Source: Phoronis australis (taxonomy: Eukaryota; Animalia; Phoronida). From it: a DNA stretch of 64,000 nucleotides. The stretch is from NCBI GenBank assembly GCA_002633005.1, contig NMRA01000336.1:363056-427055 (forward strand), read 5' to 3'. A model generated the notes under the pieces. The model worked only from the letters and a program-made list of their open reading frames with translations. It did no database searches and was not told the origin of the DNA. Both the position numbers and the translations under genes were made by a program. Below are positions 50,900 through 62,885 of the stretch, piece after piece (position 1 is the first letter of the stretch; each line of letters starts with the position of its first letter).

Positions 50900-52502
50900 T
50901 TCTCCCTATCTCGGGGTTACAGTGGCGGTACGTCAGCCACATGGGCATGATTTCGACATTAAAAAATTGAGCAGGGCTTTCCCTATACCTGGGTTGAGGC
51001 ATGAGTACGCCGGCCACATGGGAATTGCAATGATGTTTAATTTATAATCAAGAGCAAAGCGGAGCATTGAAATGCTCCCACAAATGCACCACAAACAGGG
51101 TAATTCTAAGGTTGTTTATTTGCATCATTAAAACAGCCACTACATGGCGCAAAACCGTCCAAACCATCCGAAAAACAGCTCATGTCATCACTTCTTAAAT
51201 AAAAAGCTATTCACCAAATTTCATAAAAATCTGTCAAGAAACTTCTGGAAGTCGTAGTCTTCTGTTGTTAGCTTCATATAAATACACTCACTAAATTTAA
51301 TTAACATCTTGCAGTGAGTTTAGGAGACACAGCTATGGGATCAAAACAAAACAAGACTACCACTAGGAGGCGTCACAGTACTTGAAGTAATCATCGTCAA
51401 CCGTCCTCTCCACACTGAGGACATATATATGCTAATTTTCAAAATCATCCTTAGAATGGTTTGGTCGAAAGAGGAGTGGATGCCAAAAAAACTCGAAAAC
51501 AGCAAAAATGGCCACTTGAAGGCACAAAATACCTCGTTTCCATCCCAAAACGAGAGAATAGCGTCATCTCACTAATAGATGCCAACAATCCAAATTTAAT
51601 GAAAATCTGTTGAGGACCTTTGAAGATACAGAGGTAAACGTAAAAAAACTAAAGTTGTCACTAGGGGCAAACCAGTAGTCAGGTCCGTCCAAAAGTGGTC
51701 ATCGACCGTTGTCAACTTTATATAAATATACTTGCTAAAATAACTAAAGATTCTGCAAACAGTTTAGGAGATACAATTATGGGCGCAAAAAAAACAAAAC
51801 TGCTACTAGGAGGCACCACAGTAGTCAAAGTTGTCGGAAAATCATCATGAGTCGTCCTCTTCATAATAAGAATATACATGCCAATTTTCACAATCATCCT
51901 TAGAGCAGTTTGGTTGATAGAGGGGTGGACGCCAAAAAACAAGACTCGAAAACAGTAATAATGCGTCCACATATAAATATGTGGGCGCATAAAAATGACC
52001 ACTAAGTGATCATTCGCAAACGGTAGGATAACATCACCTCACTAATAGATCATTACAAGCAAAATTTCATGAAATTCTGTTGAGTACCTTTAAGTTACAG
52101 AGGTAAACGTAAAAAACTAAAATTGCCACTAGGGGGCACACCGCTAGTCAGATCCATCCGAAAGCTGTCGTCATCCAATGTTAACATCATATGGACGGAC
52201 GCTGGGCGGACGGCGAGACAGGGATGACGGCATAATGCATTCACATATGAATATGTGGGCGCGTGAAAATTAGGCAGGATTTCCCTCCCATCCCCGTTAA
52301 TGTTGGGCTATGCCGGCTATATGGACATTTCACTGATGTTTACCTAAAAACTACTGGGCAGGGATTCCGCCAATACCTCGATTATGGCGGGGGTATGCTG
52401 GCCACATGGGCATGTCATCAATATTGACCTAAAAAATTGGGCATTGAGGGATTCCCTCAATCCCCGGGTTACTGTGGGGTACGCCAGCCACATAGGCATT
52501 TT
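50900..52502 (+). repeat. Diverged ~80-90-bp tandem array (about 5 units) split by a Helentron-like insertion
   Basis: Recurring TCCC..CC.GGGTT....GGGTAYGCCRGCCACATGGGCAT near 50903, 50980, 52283, 52365 and 52453. Confidence 0.65.
51047..52269 (+). mobile_element. Helentron-like (HINE-type) element, family C
   Basis: 5' atcaagagcaaagcggagcattgaaatg; about 2.3 tandem units; (GGAC)n-like tract at 52193-52213; 3' hairpin cacatat-ga-atatgtg. Confidence 0.75.
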
Positions 52503-52591
52503 GATGAGCAAAATACTGAGGTCCAAAAACATTAAAATAGCTTGTGGCTTGCAAATAAAGCTAAATTGTGCATAGTATGGAATATAAAACT

Positions 52592-53250
52592 AGGGAAGGC
52601 AACCTTTTTTCATGACATTTTTAGTAAAAATATCGTTCGCTGATTGTCCCAGACAAATTTTTCAGTTAATAATAGCTTACTGTAATTTTATCAATAAAGA
52701 CGTGCCTCACTCCAGAAGTGATGTTTTGGGAGTTTGTTTTCATATGGTCTGACGGTATGAGCTGTCGAGCCAGTCATTGATTTACCTAAGTTGCGATAAG
52801 TTCAGTCGTCGTTTGCATTTGTTTACAATTCAGTCAACATGCCACAGGGCTGCTGCATACCAGGGTGTACTCATTATCGTCTCACACGCACTTTGGGTAT
52901 TACATTGGTTTCCGAAAGATGACGCGCACCGCCGTACTTGGCTTGTTCATGTGAAGAACACAGCGTTGCCGTCCACGCTATGTACAAAGCACTGGAGAAT
53001 TACCGAGTATGTGGCAACGCTTGAAAAAGGGTGCCATATTGTGCCCGTTGACTTCCGGCAGTGCCCCTCTCGCCACCCCCAAGAAGTGCATTTTTGAAGC
53101 AAGCAGCCTCGCGCCCTACGGAGGCCTTTCATCTACTGTCGCCCGTGCCTCTGAACATACCCCAGAGCTTGTGAATTCTGGGAACAAGCAGGGATTTGCT
53201 CAGTGCCGGTGTTGCCTCCAGCCCAGAGTCTGTAAGCAGCTCTGTTCGTC
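52592..53250 (+). mobile_element. Kolobok-like 5' fragment B5 with THAP pseudogene
   Basis: Terminus gaaggcaaccttttttcatg; MPQGCCIPGCTHY../LHWFPKDDAHRRTWLVHVKN; collinear with the minus strand of B4. Confidence 0.75.
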
Positions 53251-53759
53251 ATGAAATGGAACCTGCACTTGCTGTTTTTAGGACTTGGAATCAAAGTAAG
53301 AATGTTGTTCGCTGCGCGATTTCATTCAAGCTGACTGTGAGTCAGCACACCAAAGTAGATTTCCCGAAATTAATTTTTATGTTCAAGTTACAAAAGCATT
53401 TGCCAAGTTGGCGAATGGACTTAACGCTATCATCGCCAGTGCAGCTCAGAATCCGTCAATGGCGAGCTGGTAAGCGACTAGCACGATCCTAGGTACTCAT
53501 GCAGTATTCGCATAACTCACGTACCTGGCTGGTCGAGCAGTTCGATTCCAGGTAATGGAGAACAGGATTGAAAAAATTTGACATTTTGCAAACATTGGAA
53601 TTATCAATTTATAGATTACATCCTTCAAGGAAGAGGATAGTGACGTAAAAAGTAGCCTACAGTCAGCTGAAAAGTTCACAGTGGTAATCATTACTCTTGC
53701 ATGAGTCCTAGAGCTCTTAGTTGTTTTTGAATTCTAAAGGTGTGTACTTAACTAGGGCA

Positions 53760-56700
53760 AGTGTTTGATGTATAATGGACCCAGATTTAGAGACCCAGTT
53801 TCATCCACTAAATTATGTGGACCTAAAAGTGAGAGCCATGACCACTGAGCTCTTAATATAAATGTAACATTAATTTTAGAGCCAACACTGATGAATACCA
53901 ACCACCAGGACACCATTAGTAGGTTCAGCATTAAATTCGTTTGGCCTACCGAGTATTACACCGGTAGATAGTGACAACCATCTCTAGCTGGCCCAGTAGA
54001 GACAGTGTTGCTCCTATAGGCACTTCATACACCAGAAGCTTTTTGGCAAATTATGTCTCAAACCAACTTAAACATCTAACTTGCGTTGCTAAAAACACCT
54101 TATGTACATAGAGGGACACCTTAATTAGGTGGCCGTCGATGTTTTTAATTCTTTCAAACTCGAACACATATTCCTGCTGTCAAACTTCAGTTCCTAAAGT
54201 TGGTAATTAAATCAGTTCTTGGCCACAGTACCATTAAAAACCGGATGATCACCGCACAAATGAAGAAGTTCATGAAAAATCAACATTTCTTCTATTCGTT
54301 AGGGTTAACTTTCAGTATACCCACTCATCACATCAACACCATGAAGACTAAAGCATCGTTCGAATCATTCTACAAGATCGCTTCCACCCTAATCCCTGAC
54401 AAAATGAGGCTTAAACACCACCTTCGGGAACTGTGTTATCGCTACATCTATGGTTATAACAGTAACCAACTCCAGAATCTCACACCGGTTGAGTACCAGG
54501 CTTTACGTTCCCTGTCGCAACGTCAAGACATCACCATCGCACGTCCTGACAAAGACAACCGTAATGTGATCATGGATAAGACTGACTACCTTTCTAAGCT
54601 ACATGACATCGTTAATAACAGTTCTAAATTCACCAAGCTGGATTGTGACCCGGCAGCTAAGCGCAAACAACACTTACAGAACTGCATATTCTTAAGCGGA
54701 CAGGCGCATTGGACCAGGAAACTTACAATCGTGCAAGACCATACGTGTCATAGCCAGCACGTCTGTACGCCCTGCCTCAGACACACAAGGATGGTGTACC
54801 GCTACAATCTGTTGTGTCCTGTGTCAGAACTTACACTCACGAGCTTGCCATATCCCTGGTTAAAATTCTCAAACCTATCAGTGAGAATGACTACACACTT
54901 AGATTCTTTTCAGCTTGTTAATGAAGTTCGTGCATTTAATGATGCACCGTTTATGTGTAGCCTACATGTTTGCAGCCTGTTCACTAATGTACCTGTGGAT
55001 GAAGTCATTGAATTGTGTCTTAAAGACGAAGGCAACCTTTTTTCATGTCATTTTAGCAAAAGTAAGGTTCGTTGATTATTCCAAACATATTTTTCACTTA
55101 TTTACATCATTTCGTAATTTAAATAATTACTCGTCATCTACTCCGGAAGTGACGTTTTGGGAGGCAAGAATTTCGCGCCAATTTCTTTTCATATAGTCTG
55201 ACTGTGAGAGTAGTCGAGTCAGTCATTATTCTACCTCGGTTGTGATAAGTTCGGTCATCGTTTACATTTGCTTACCGAGTCAGTCAACATGCCACGCTGC
55301 TGTTGCATACTGGGATGTACTCATTATCGTCTCACGTACAGAGGAAGGACTGTCCCACTTGCCCGAGTGTCCCGCGACACACTCCCACTGGAGGGTGATC
55401 TGAGCACCCAAACTGCTTACATCCCACCGTGTGACTCCCTCGCCACACACCTGGCACCTTCTAAATAGCTCCAATACAAGTCTATAATAAACTTATCAAA
55501 CTTAGGCTCACCGATCTGTTCATTGGATGACGAACTGTCCTCTTCATATTCACTCCCACTACTCAACATCGCTGCAGGGCTGATTACAGGCTCTGGGCTA
55601 GAGACAACAGCACAGGGCGACATCACTGCTAGTTCCTGGAACTGCACACTATGGGGTACGTTTGGAGGCATGGGTGACAGTAGATGAAGTGCCTCCAGTC
55701 ACTGTAAATAGTGGCCACAGCTCGAGAGGCTTCTCGCTTCAAAAACGCACTTCTCGGGGTTGGCGACGAAGCACTGTCGGGAATCATCAGCGATGGTATG
55801 GTACCCTTTTTCAGGCGTTATTTCGCAGGGACCTTCATCAATTCAACGTACATATCTCTGTCATAATCTGACGGCAGAAAATGCTTGCCACACACTCGAT
55901 AACCCTCCACTGCTTTATACATTGGGTGGACGGGTAGTGCTGCGTTCTTCACATGACCGAGCTAGCCAAGTACGGTGAAGTGTGTCATGTTTCGGAAAGT
56001 GATGCAAGGTACCCAAAGCACGTGTGAGATGATAATGAGTACATCCAGGCACGTAGCATTAGCGTAGCATGTTGACTGACTTGTAAACAAAAGCAAACGA
56101 CGACCGAACCGAGGTAGAACAATGACCGACTTGAAAAGAAATTAGCGCGAAACTCTTGCCTCCCAAAACGTCACTTCCAGAGTAGAGGACGAGAAATTAA
56201 TCAAATTACGAAAAGCTGTAATTAAGTGAAAAATGTGTCTGGGATAATCAACGAACCTTATTTTTGCTAAAAGTGACATGAAAAAAGGTTGCCTTCGCCT
56301 TTAACAAGCTGTTTATTGATACTGACAAGGTCCATAAATTGACTCGTAACCAAGTAAGTTACTCACGATCGCACTTAAACATAACCATTTTCTGTTTGAT
56401 GATAACTTTGATGATCAGATTGACAGAGTGGCCATGAGTTCACCCCTGGGACCAGTGTTAGCTAATATTTTCATGTGCAATCTCGAGACTGAGGCTCTGG
56501 CTAGTTGTCCACCGTATTGTAAACCAAAATTTTATAATAGGTATGTAGACAATACTTTTGTTGTATTTCAATCCAAGAGCTCAGTGAACACTTTTCACTC
56601 AATCACATGAACAATATGCATCCGTCCATCAACTTCACCAGTGAATCTGAGCACGAGTCGTGTTTACCTTTTCTAGATGTCTTGGTTAAACGTGAGAATA

Positions 56701-58050
56701 GCACCGTTGTTACATCTGTGTATCATAAGCCCAGTTTTTCTGGGCTTTATATTAAATTTGATAGTTTTGTACCGATCCAATACAAGAGAGGTCTAGTCAA
56801 TTGCTTGTTACACCGTGCCTGGAGAATTTGTTCCACCAATTTAAGTTTTGATAGTGATGTAGCTAGGATTTTCCAGTTATTGTGTGCCAATGGTTACCCT
56901 CTGAATTTTTTGAATAGCTGTAAAAGGCACTTCCTTTCAAAAATGAATGAGGCAGATAAGGTGGCTAATATTGGACCCGAGAAAAAGAAAGTTTTCTTTT
57001 CCCTTGGTTACACCGGGCCTAGCAGTATAAAATTGAAACATCAATTATCTCGCCTTATTCATTGCATAGACCCAGTCGTTGAACTGATAGTTGTTTTCAA
57101 ACCTCTTCGGAAACTTTCCAGTATGCTATGTAAACTGAAGTCACCCATCCCTTTATTGAACAAAAGCAATGTTGTTTATAAGGTTGAATGTGACAACTGT
57201 AAGGAATTCTAAATCGGCCTCACACAGAGATGCCTCTGTGACAGGCTGAGAGAACATCACACCTCAGAGAAAAGCAACATATATAGGCTAGGCATTGTGT
57301 TAACAACAATCACCAAGCCAATTCAGTTAGTGTTATCTGCAGTGTAACTAATAAAGAATTACTGTACATTAAAGAGTCACTGGTCATTCAGAACCAGCAT
57401 GCTAGTGATTCCCTGAACAACATGCAGAGCTCAGTGACCCTGCAACTATGGTGATGACCAGCTACTGACTACTCTGTATCTCTCACTTCACTTCATGGAT
57501 GTCACCTGAGATGTATGTTGGCACTAATGTTGTCCTATGTAAATAACCTGATGAAGTCTAACGAATAGACAAAACCTTGATTTATCACGAACTTCTTCAT
57601 TTGTGAGGCAATCGTCCGGTTTTTGAATTTGACTGGCCATTTTTACACTGCGCACGCCAGCAGATACGACTTATCATACCACCTGCAGTGTTTAAAATGT
57701 CCAGTTACTGATTTTGGGAACTGAATGAAGGAGTGTTTGGTGAAAGTTTGATAACAGGAATATTTGTTGAAGTTGGAAGGAATTGCGGTCCCTGATTTTG
57801 AGAACCAGTTTCATCCACTGAATAACAGACCCGTTCATGGACTACTATATCAGACCAGTGCTGGGATTAAAGACATCGACGGCCTCCTAAGGTGTCCCTC
57901 TATGCCCATAAAGTATTTATGAAAATGTGAGGTAGATGTTTTAGCTGGTGTGAGGCATAATTCGCCGAAAAGCTTCCCGCATATGAAGCACCTATAGGAG
58001 TACACCGTCTCTGCTGGGCCAGCTAGAGACGATGGTCACTGTCTAACAGT
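53760..58050 (+). mobile_element. Penelope-like retroelement (RT + GIY-YIG), decayed, interrupted by Kolobok B4
   Basis: NLT..EYQALRSL..DITIARPDK, SLFTNVPVDE, AMSSPLGPVLANIFM, RYVDNTF, LPFLDVLV, GIY-YIG-like VVYKVECDNCKEF*IGLT..RLREH, LYIKESLVI..LN; hammerhead-like ctgatga-agtcta..tagac-aaaa at 57548; outer limits approximate. Confidence 0.88.
55024..56300 (-). mobile_element. Kolobok-like element B4 with THAP and transposase N-terminal remnant
   Basis: TTAA TSD splits the Penelope RT (IELCL|NKLF); ~320-bp long inverted termini; minus strand C.VPGCTH..LHHFPK..RTWL..RVCGKHF..KGTIPSL, then KFII..LF.RCQVCG..QWECVAGHSGKWDS. Confidence 0.88.
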
Positions 58051-59103
58051 AACAGAGAACTAGTAGTACAGTGGTGCACATATGCTGGCTGCCAAAATTC
58101 ATACTTGAGTTAAATAAACAAAATACGTAGTCGTAATAATCGGTGAATGAATAATAAATACGTGTCTGAAGCCATTCACATCGTCACGTCTAACAACGGC
58201 ATTTATCACCATTGTTTAGTTTTACGACTACTGAACCAACGGGACCTAATTAATCAAAGCAAGTTGAAGTGCAAATTATCGCTTTAAATCGACTTACTTC
58301 CGACCGAGACTTTGTATGAAATGTCCCATTCATGCATCGGTTATGGTTGTTCATGATTAGTTCTCACTAAAGGTCAGAACCGTGGAAGAAATTGCAATTT
58401 TAAAGTGCTTCCTCACAAAAAAATAATAACATTCACAACCAACTTGATGCTGTTTGTAAGCTGATCTTTGATTGGCTAATCAAGAATATCGGAACGATAA
58501 TGCCGGTGTTTTATGTCTCTTCATATATTTTACAATACAACATCTTGGTGTAATGGTGCTGCCGATGAAAGCAGGGTTACTATTAAAACTATCTGATTTC
58601 AATGTCTGTCCATTTCGTGTGCCAGTTCGAAATTATATGCAAAAAGTAACATTTTCTTACAATTCCCGCTGTCCAATCACGCACGTCTTTGCAAACTTCA
58701 GCGACAAAGATTTTTGTTTTGATTTAACAGCTGACATCATTCCGCGCGCACTTGAATTGTAGTTTTCGGTCAGCGTTATCATATGGGGGTTAGTTTTCTC
58801 ATAAGCACAGGCTGTGGGGAATATTTAGACAGGGAAGTGTAGTACATACCGCCAGATGACACTGAAATGTTGCCTTCTCGTCGGACCGTGCAGCCCACGA
58901 TGACGGACACTACACTGGCCATGCATTCGCATATTCAAAGCATTTCACTAACTGTGGGGAATCCGGGAGCTAGGGCCCAATAAAATCCGGGAGCTAGGAC
59001 CCAGTAAACAGCTGGGTAATTGTTTACAATATGACGACATTGACCTACACACAGGATTAGTTACTTATTGTGACAAAAGGTTGCTGGGAAGTTAGTTACT
59101 TAT

Positions 59104-62100
59104 CAGGGCCGTAGGAAGCGGGGGCCCGGCAGGGGCGGGGGGAGGGCCCCCAAAAATTTTTCAGGCGTCAGGGTTAAACCGTGGCAACCGACATACGCGT
59201 GGGACGGGGACAGTCGAGAAAAGAAAGACAGCTAAATGCAGATAGGAGACAAAATTCAAGAGAACATTTAACAACTCTGTCTCAGTGCATGGTTTACCTT
59301 TGTTCGACGGAGGAACCGGGCCAGGAAAAACATGCACGTAATGATCCATGCATATATTTCGAAAAATAGAAAAAAAAATTGTAAAACGAAGTTTTTGCGA
59401 AACGTGTTAATCTACTGGATTTTTTAATTCAATAAGTCAATGTTGCGACTGCAAAACCACATTTTTCCAGACGCCCTCTCTGGCAAGGGAGTACCGGAGA
59501 CCACTGTTGCTTTTTTCTCGAATGTATATCACATGAGAAAATTGATTATCTGACAGATATCATCAATTGCTGCACATTTCTTGATTTTTCAAAATTTAGA
59601 TATTTTCATATTGAGGGGTCCCACCTTTGAAGAAGGCCATTGATGACATTCAAGTGGCCATCTTTTCATGCCTTTGTTGACAAATTTTTAAGAGTCGACT
59701 CACGCAGAGAGGGCCCAAAGTTGAACTGTTTTATTGTGAAATCGTGCAACCGACTTTCATGTTAGCCTTTGATAATTAAGGTGTCCTATTTCAGACGGGA
59801 CCCTCTCATGGTGGAGCAGTTCGGAAAAATGTCTCTTTGTCCTTGTATACATGTAGATACGACACTGCCTAGTTTTCACGAGGGAACTTGAGATTCCATA
59901 TTCATCAAAAAAAAACAAAATATTCGTGCACAGCACTGAAGTATCAAAACATTCGACCCAAACAACCAAAAAATGTGAAAAAACAAGAGAGTTGACCAAA
60001 ATCGAAAGGGTGGAATTTTGAAGAACTTGAAGACCGCTATTTGTTAATTACATAAAGGGACCATTTTCGATGGTTAGTTATAGAACAATGTCACTGTTTC
60101 CCATAGTATCACAAGAATAGTATCCCTTTTGAAAATGGTCACTATGAGTTGTTGGTAAAGAATTCCAACATGTGGAAAACATTGTTGTCGAGGCTACCAT
60201 TGGGGTGACCGTGTACATGTCGAACGAGTGTAATCAAATACTCGCAATGATGAACAAATATTTCAGCTTTTTCTGAGGTCAAGTTCTACTAGTGAACCGT
60301 TATAGGTACCTTGGAAATGAGCCAAAAATGCCCAATATCCCATTTTCCCCCGGTTATCCGTAAAAAATCTGCGATGTTTATAACTTTCCGTTTTGATCAA
60401 CAAATTCGTTGGCTTCTGATTTACATGTTTATGTATCTACGAAAACTGACAGATTAATACATGATTTTTTGGCTATCACAAGGTAGTCTTTTAAGAAATG
60501 ATTACAAGTAATTAAGTTGAATCCTGAATATGGAAAAATTCTAGTATAATCCGATCCCCAAATAGTAAACTGCACTTGGACACTTCTTGCCTATCTAAAA
60601 CAATTCTCAAAGACACTGATGAAATTTGGACACTTCCCAAAAATGTACTCACAATTCAAATGACAATAAATACATTGCTTTTTCGAATTCGGTACAAGAC
60701 TTGTTTTTTAAACTCACCAACAGGGGATCAAAAAATAATTAAGTCCTTTAATCAAGGTAAACGCATTGTTCCTGGATTTGATTGTCGGTTTCTGATTTAC
60801 ATGCCTGTGTATCTATGAAAATGGACTGATTAAGAGCTGATTTTTTACAATTAGTAGGTAATCTTCTAAGAAATGACAATGCTTCAATGAACTTACCGGT
60901 AGTTGCAGGCCGACATTCGGAAATTTCGATCAATCATCAGATCCCCAAATATATAAGTACATTACATGATTTTTGTCAATCTGAAATAAATCTCAAGAAA
61001 ACTGATGAATTTCGGACAGCTCTACAAAGTGTCTCAAAATGTTTTCACACTTCGAATGACAGTAAATTGTTTCTTGGCTTAGGAACTACGTTACTGGGTT
61101 CAAGTTTACAAACCGCAGATCGCAAATGAAGTTTGAGTACTTAAACAAATAAAGTCTAAGTCATTGGTCATCAAATTGGAAAGGTTCTCTCTGCACTTCC
61201 TTGATGTTTTGTTTCTAGTAGTATTGCGCAATGAATTTTTGAATCGTTTGTTGCAATTCCCGTGCATACTACACACACAGCACGCGCGCACCCAGCCTAA
61301 AACATAGGTAAGCTCGAATTTTTGAGGTTGTAGACCTTTTAGTAAAAAAACGAAATACGGGACTTGTTCAGGGCTATGAATTGTGCATATGCCGAATTCC
61401 TGCCTTAGTGGATTTCCGTCTCTTTTTTTTTCTCGGACTTTTTGTTTCTTTGAGGCGGTCCTTTTTGCCCATTTTACGAAATGGGAGGGAAGGCTCGTTC
61501 GGGTCCCCCGAGCCCCCCTTCTGGCGCATGCCCGAATCACGTCATGATTGGCACATCTACGTTAAAAGTAAGATGTATCTTGCAGTAGGCCTGCGCAGAA
61601 TCTCAGATACCCACGGAAACTGAATTTGAACTCCAGACCTTGAAGCGTGTACATTTTTGAGACACACTGTATCATTTCCCTAGCAACCAGAAATTGGACT
61701 ACCGCCAATATTTCATCTAGGGATTCTTATCGGCTACAAAGGCACTCATACCAGGCACCTCGGGACATTACTTCAAAGAATGGCCATGATAAATTGAAGA
61801 TTTCCCCGAAACTGTATCATAATAAAACAAATCTTGACCTTTAACCCAGAGCAGAGACATAGGTTCGAATCCACTGTTGGAACCCAGCTATATGTACTTC
61901 AGGCAACTCCCACTGAGCTACCCGTCAGTGCGCTGGCCCTAGATCTATTCTTACTCTCCGTGAAACTTTGTTGGTTCACGGTTACTCAAATCCTGATGGC
62001 TGCATCCCCGGTATTACCCCCACCTACGACGCCCGTTGTGGGGTCGGTACAAACATGGTGATATCAAGAGAACGGGGGGAGGGGGTGGCGATAGCAAGGG

Positions 62101-62169
62101 AGTAGGTTGGCGAAGTAAAATTGGTTTGTGCCCCCCCCCCCCAATAAATTTTTCCTTCTTACGGGCCTG
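59104..62169. mobile_element. 3.1-kb hAT-like non-autonomous element with 5-bp TSD
   Basis: TIR CAGGGCCGTAGGAAG / CAGGCCCGTAAGAAG; CTTAT on both sides; G/C-run subterminal regions; no transposase recognised. Confidence 0.75.
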
Positions 62170-62759
62170 CTTATTGTGGCAAAAGATTGTTAGGATAATT
62201 TTAGTTTACATATTAATTTGTACTGAGATCGCTTTGCTAGATGTAAGCCTTAAGTTAGCTTCAATTACGGTTTGAAACTCCTGCATCCAATGTTTTGAAG
62301 AGATTTCAGTTTTATCTGTTATGGCAGTTAGACAACAGGTGACAATTTCAGTTTTGGTTGGAATCAAACAATACAATTAGCATCCAGTAAAAAAGACAAA
62401 ACTCCAAAACTCAGATTACGGTACAGCATCAGTTAGCAGCTGAAGGGGGCGGGGGTTAGGGGCACAATGCAGGCCGGGTTAGACATATGAGCGGTTTCCA
62501 AAATGCTAGACTGTCACTGGTGAGGAAGCACAGGTTATTACAATCATTCAAAAACATGCAAGTAAATTTCATCAGATTTTGACCATATTAGAAATATGAA
62601 GTGTTAGACAAAAACGGCTCCAGAGTGCAGCATGTAAACGACGTTTCCATATTAATCAAAAGCCATCCTCAGTTACTATAGTAGACAGAAAAGAATCGGA
62701 ACAGATTGCTAGATCAATACTGAAACGAAGTTTTCAAACATGCATCTGCTATCTAGTTA

Positions 62760-62885
62760 TAGAAACTGCCACTAGGGGACCAGCAGTAGTAGAACTGTCT
62801 AAAAACGTCGACTGATTTGATCACCCTAGAAACATATTTGCAAAAAATGAAGCCCCTTTATAAGGTTAACGAGATACAACTGCAT
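62760..62885 (+). repeat. Fragment of a family C repeat subunit
   Basis: aaactgccactagggga..agtagt..acatatttgcaaa..gagataca. Confidence 0.45.

Noticed and set aside
50900-52502. CRISPR-like repeat/spacer appearance
   Set aside because: Repeats are diverged, linkers resemble each other, no cas genes, animal genome.
58850-58932. Candidate first exon (ATG...|gtatgt on the minus strand)
   Set aside because: The available ATGs give phase 1 or 2, but the next exon needs phase 0; no recognisable similarity.
58960-59008. Two-copy 24-bp tandem duplication
   Set aside because: Ordinary slippage duplication with no further structure.
61843-61925. tRNA-like GGTTCGAATCC B-box
   Set aside because: No cloverleaf or A-box; at most a SINE scrap. 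The same applies to similar scraps near 600-660, 6240-6300 and 33420-33480.
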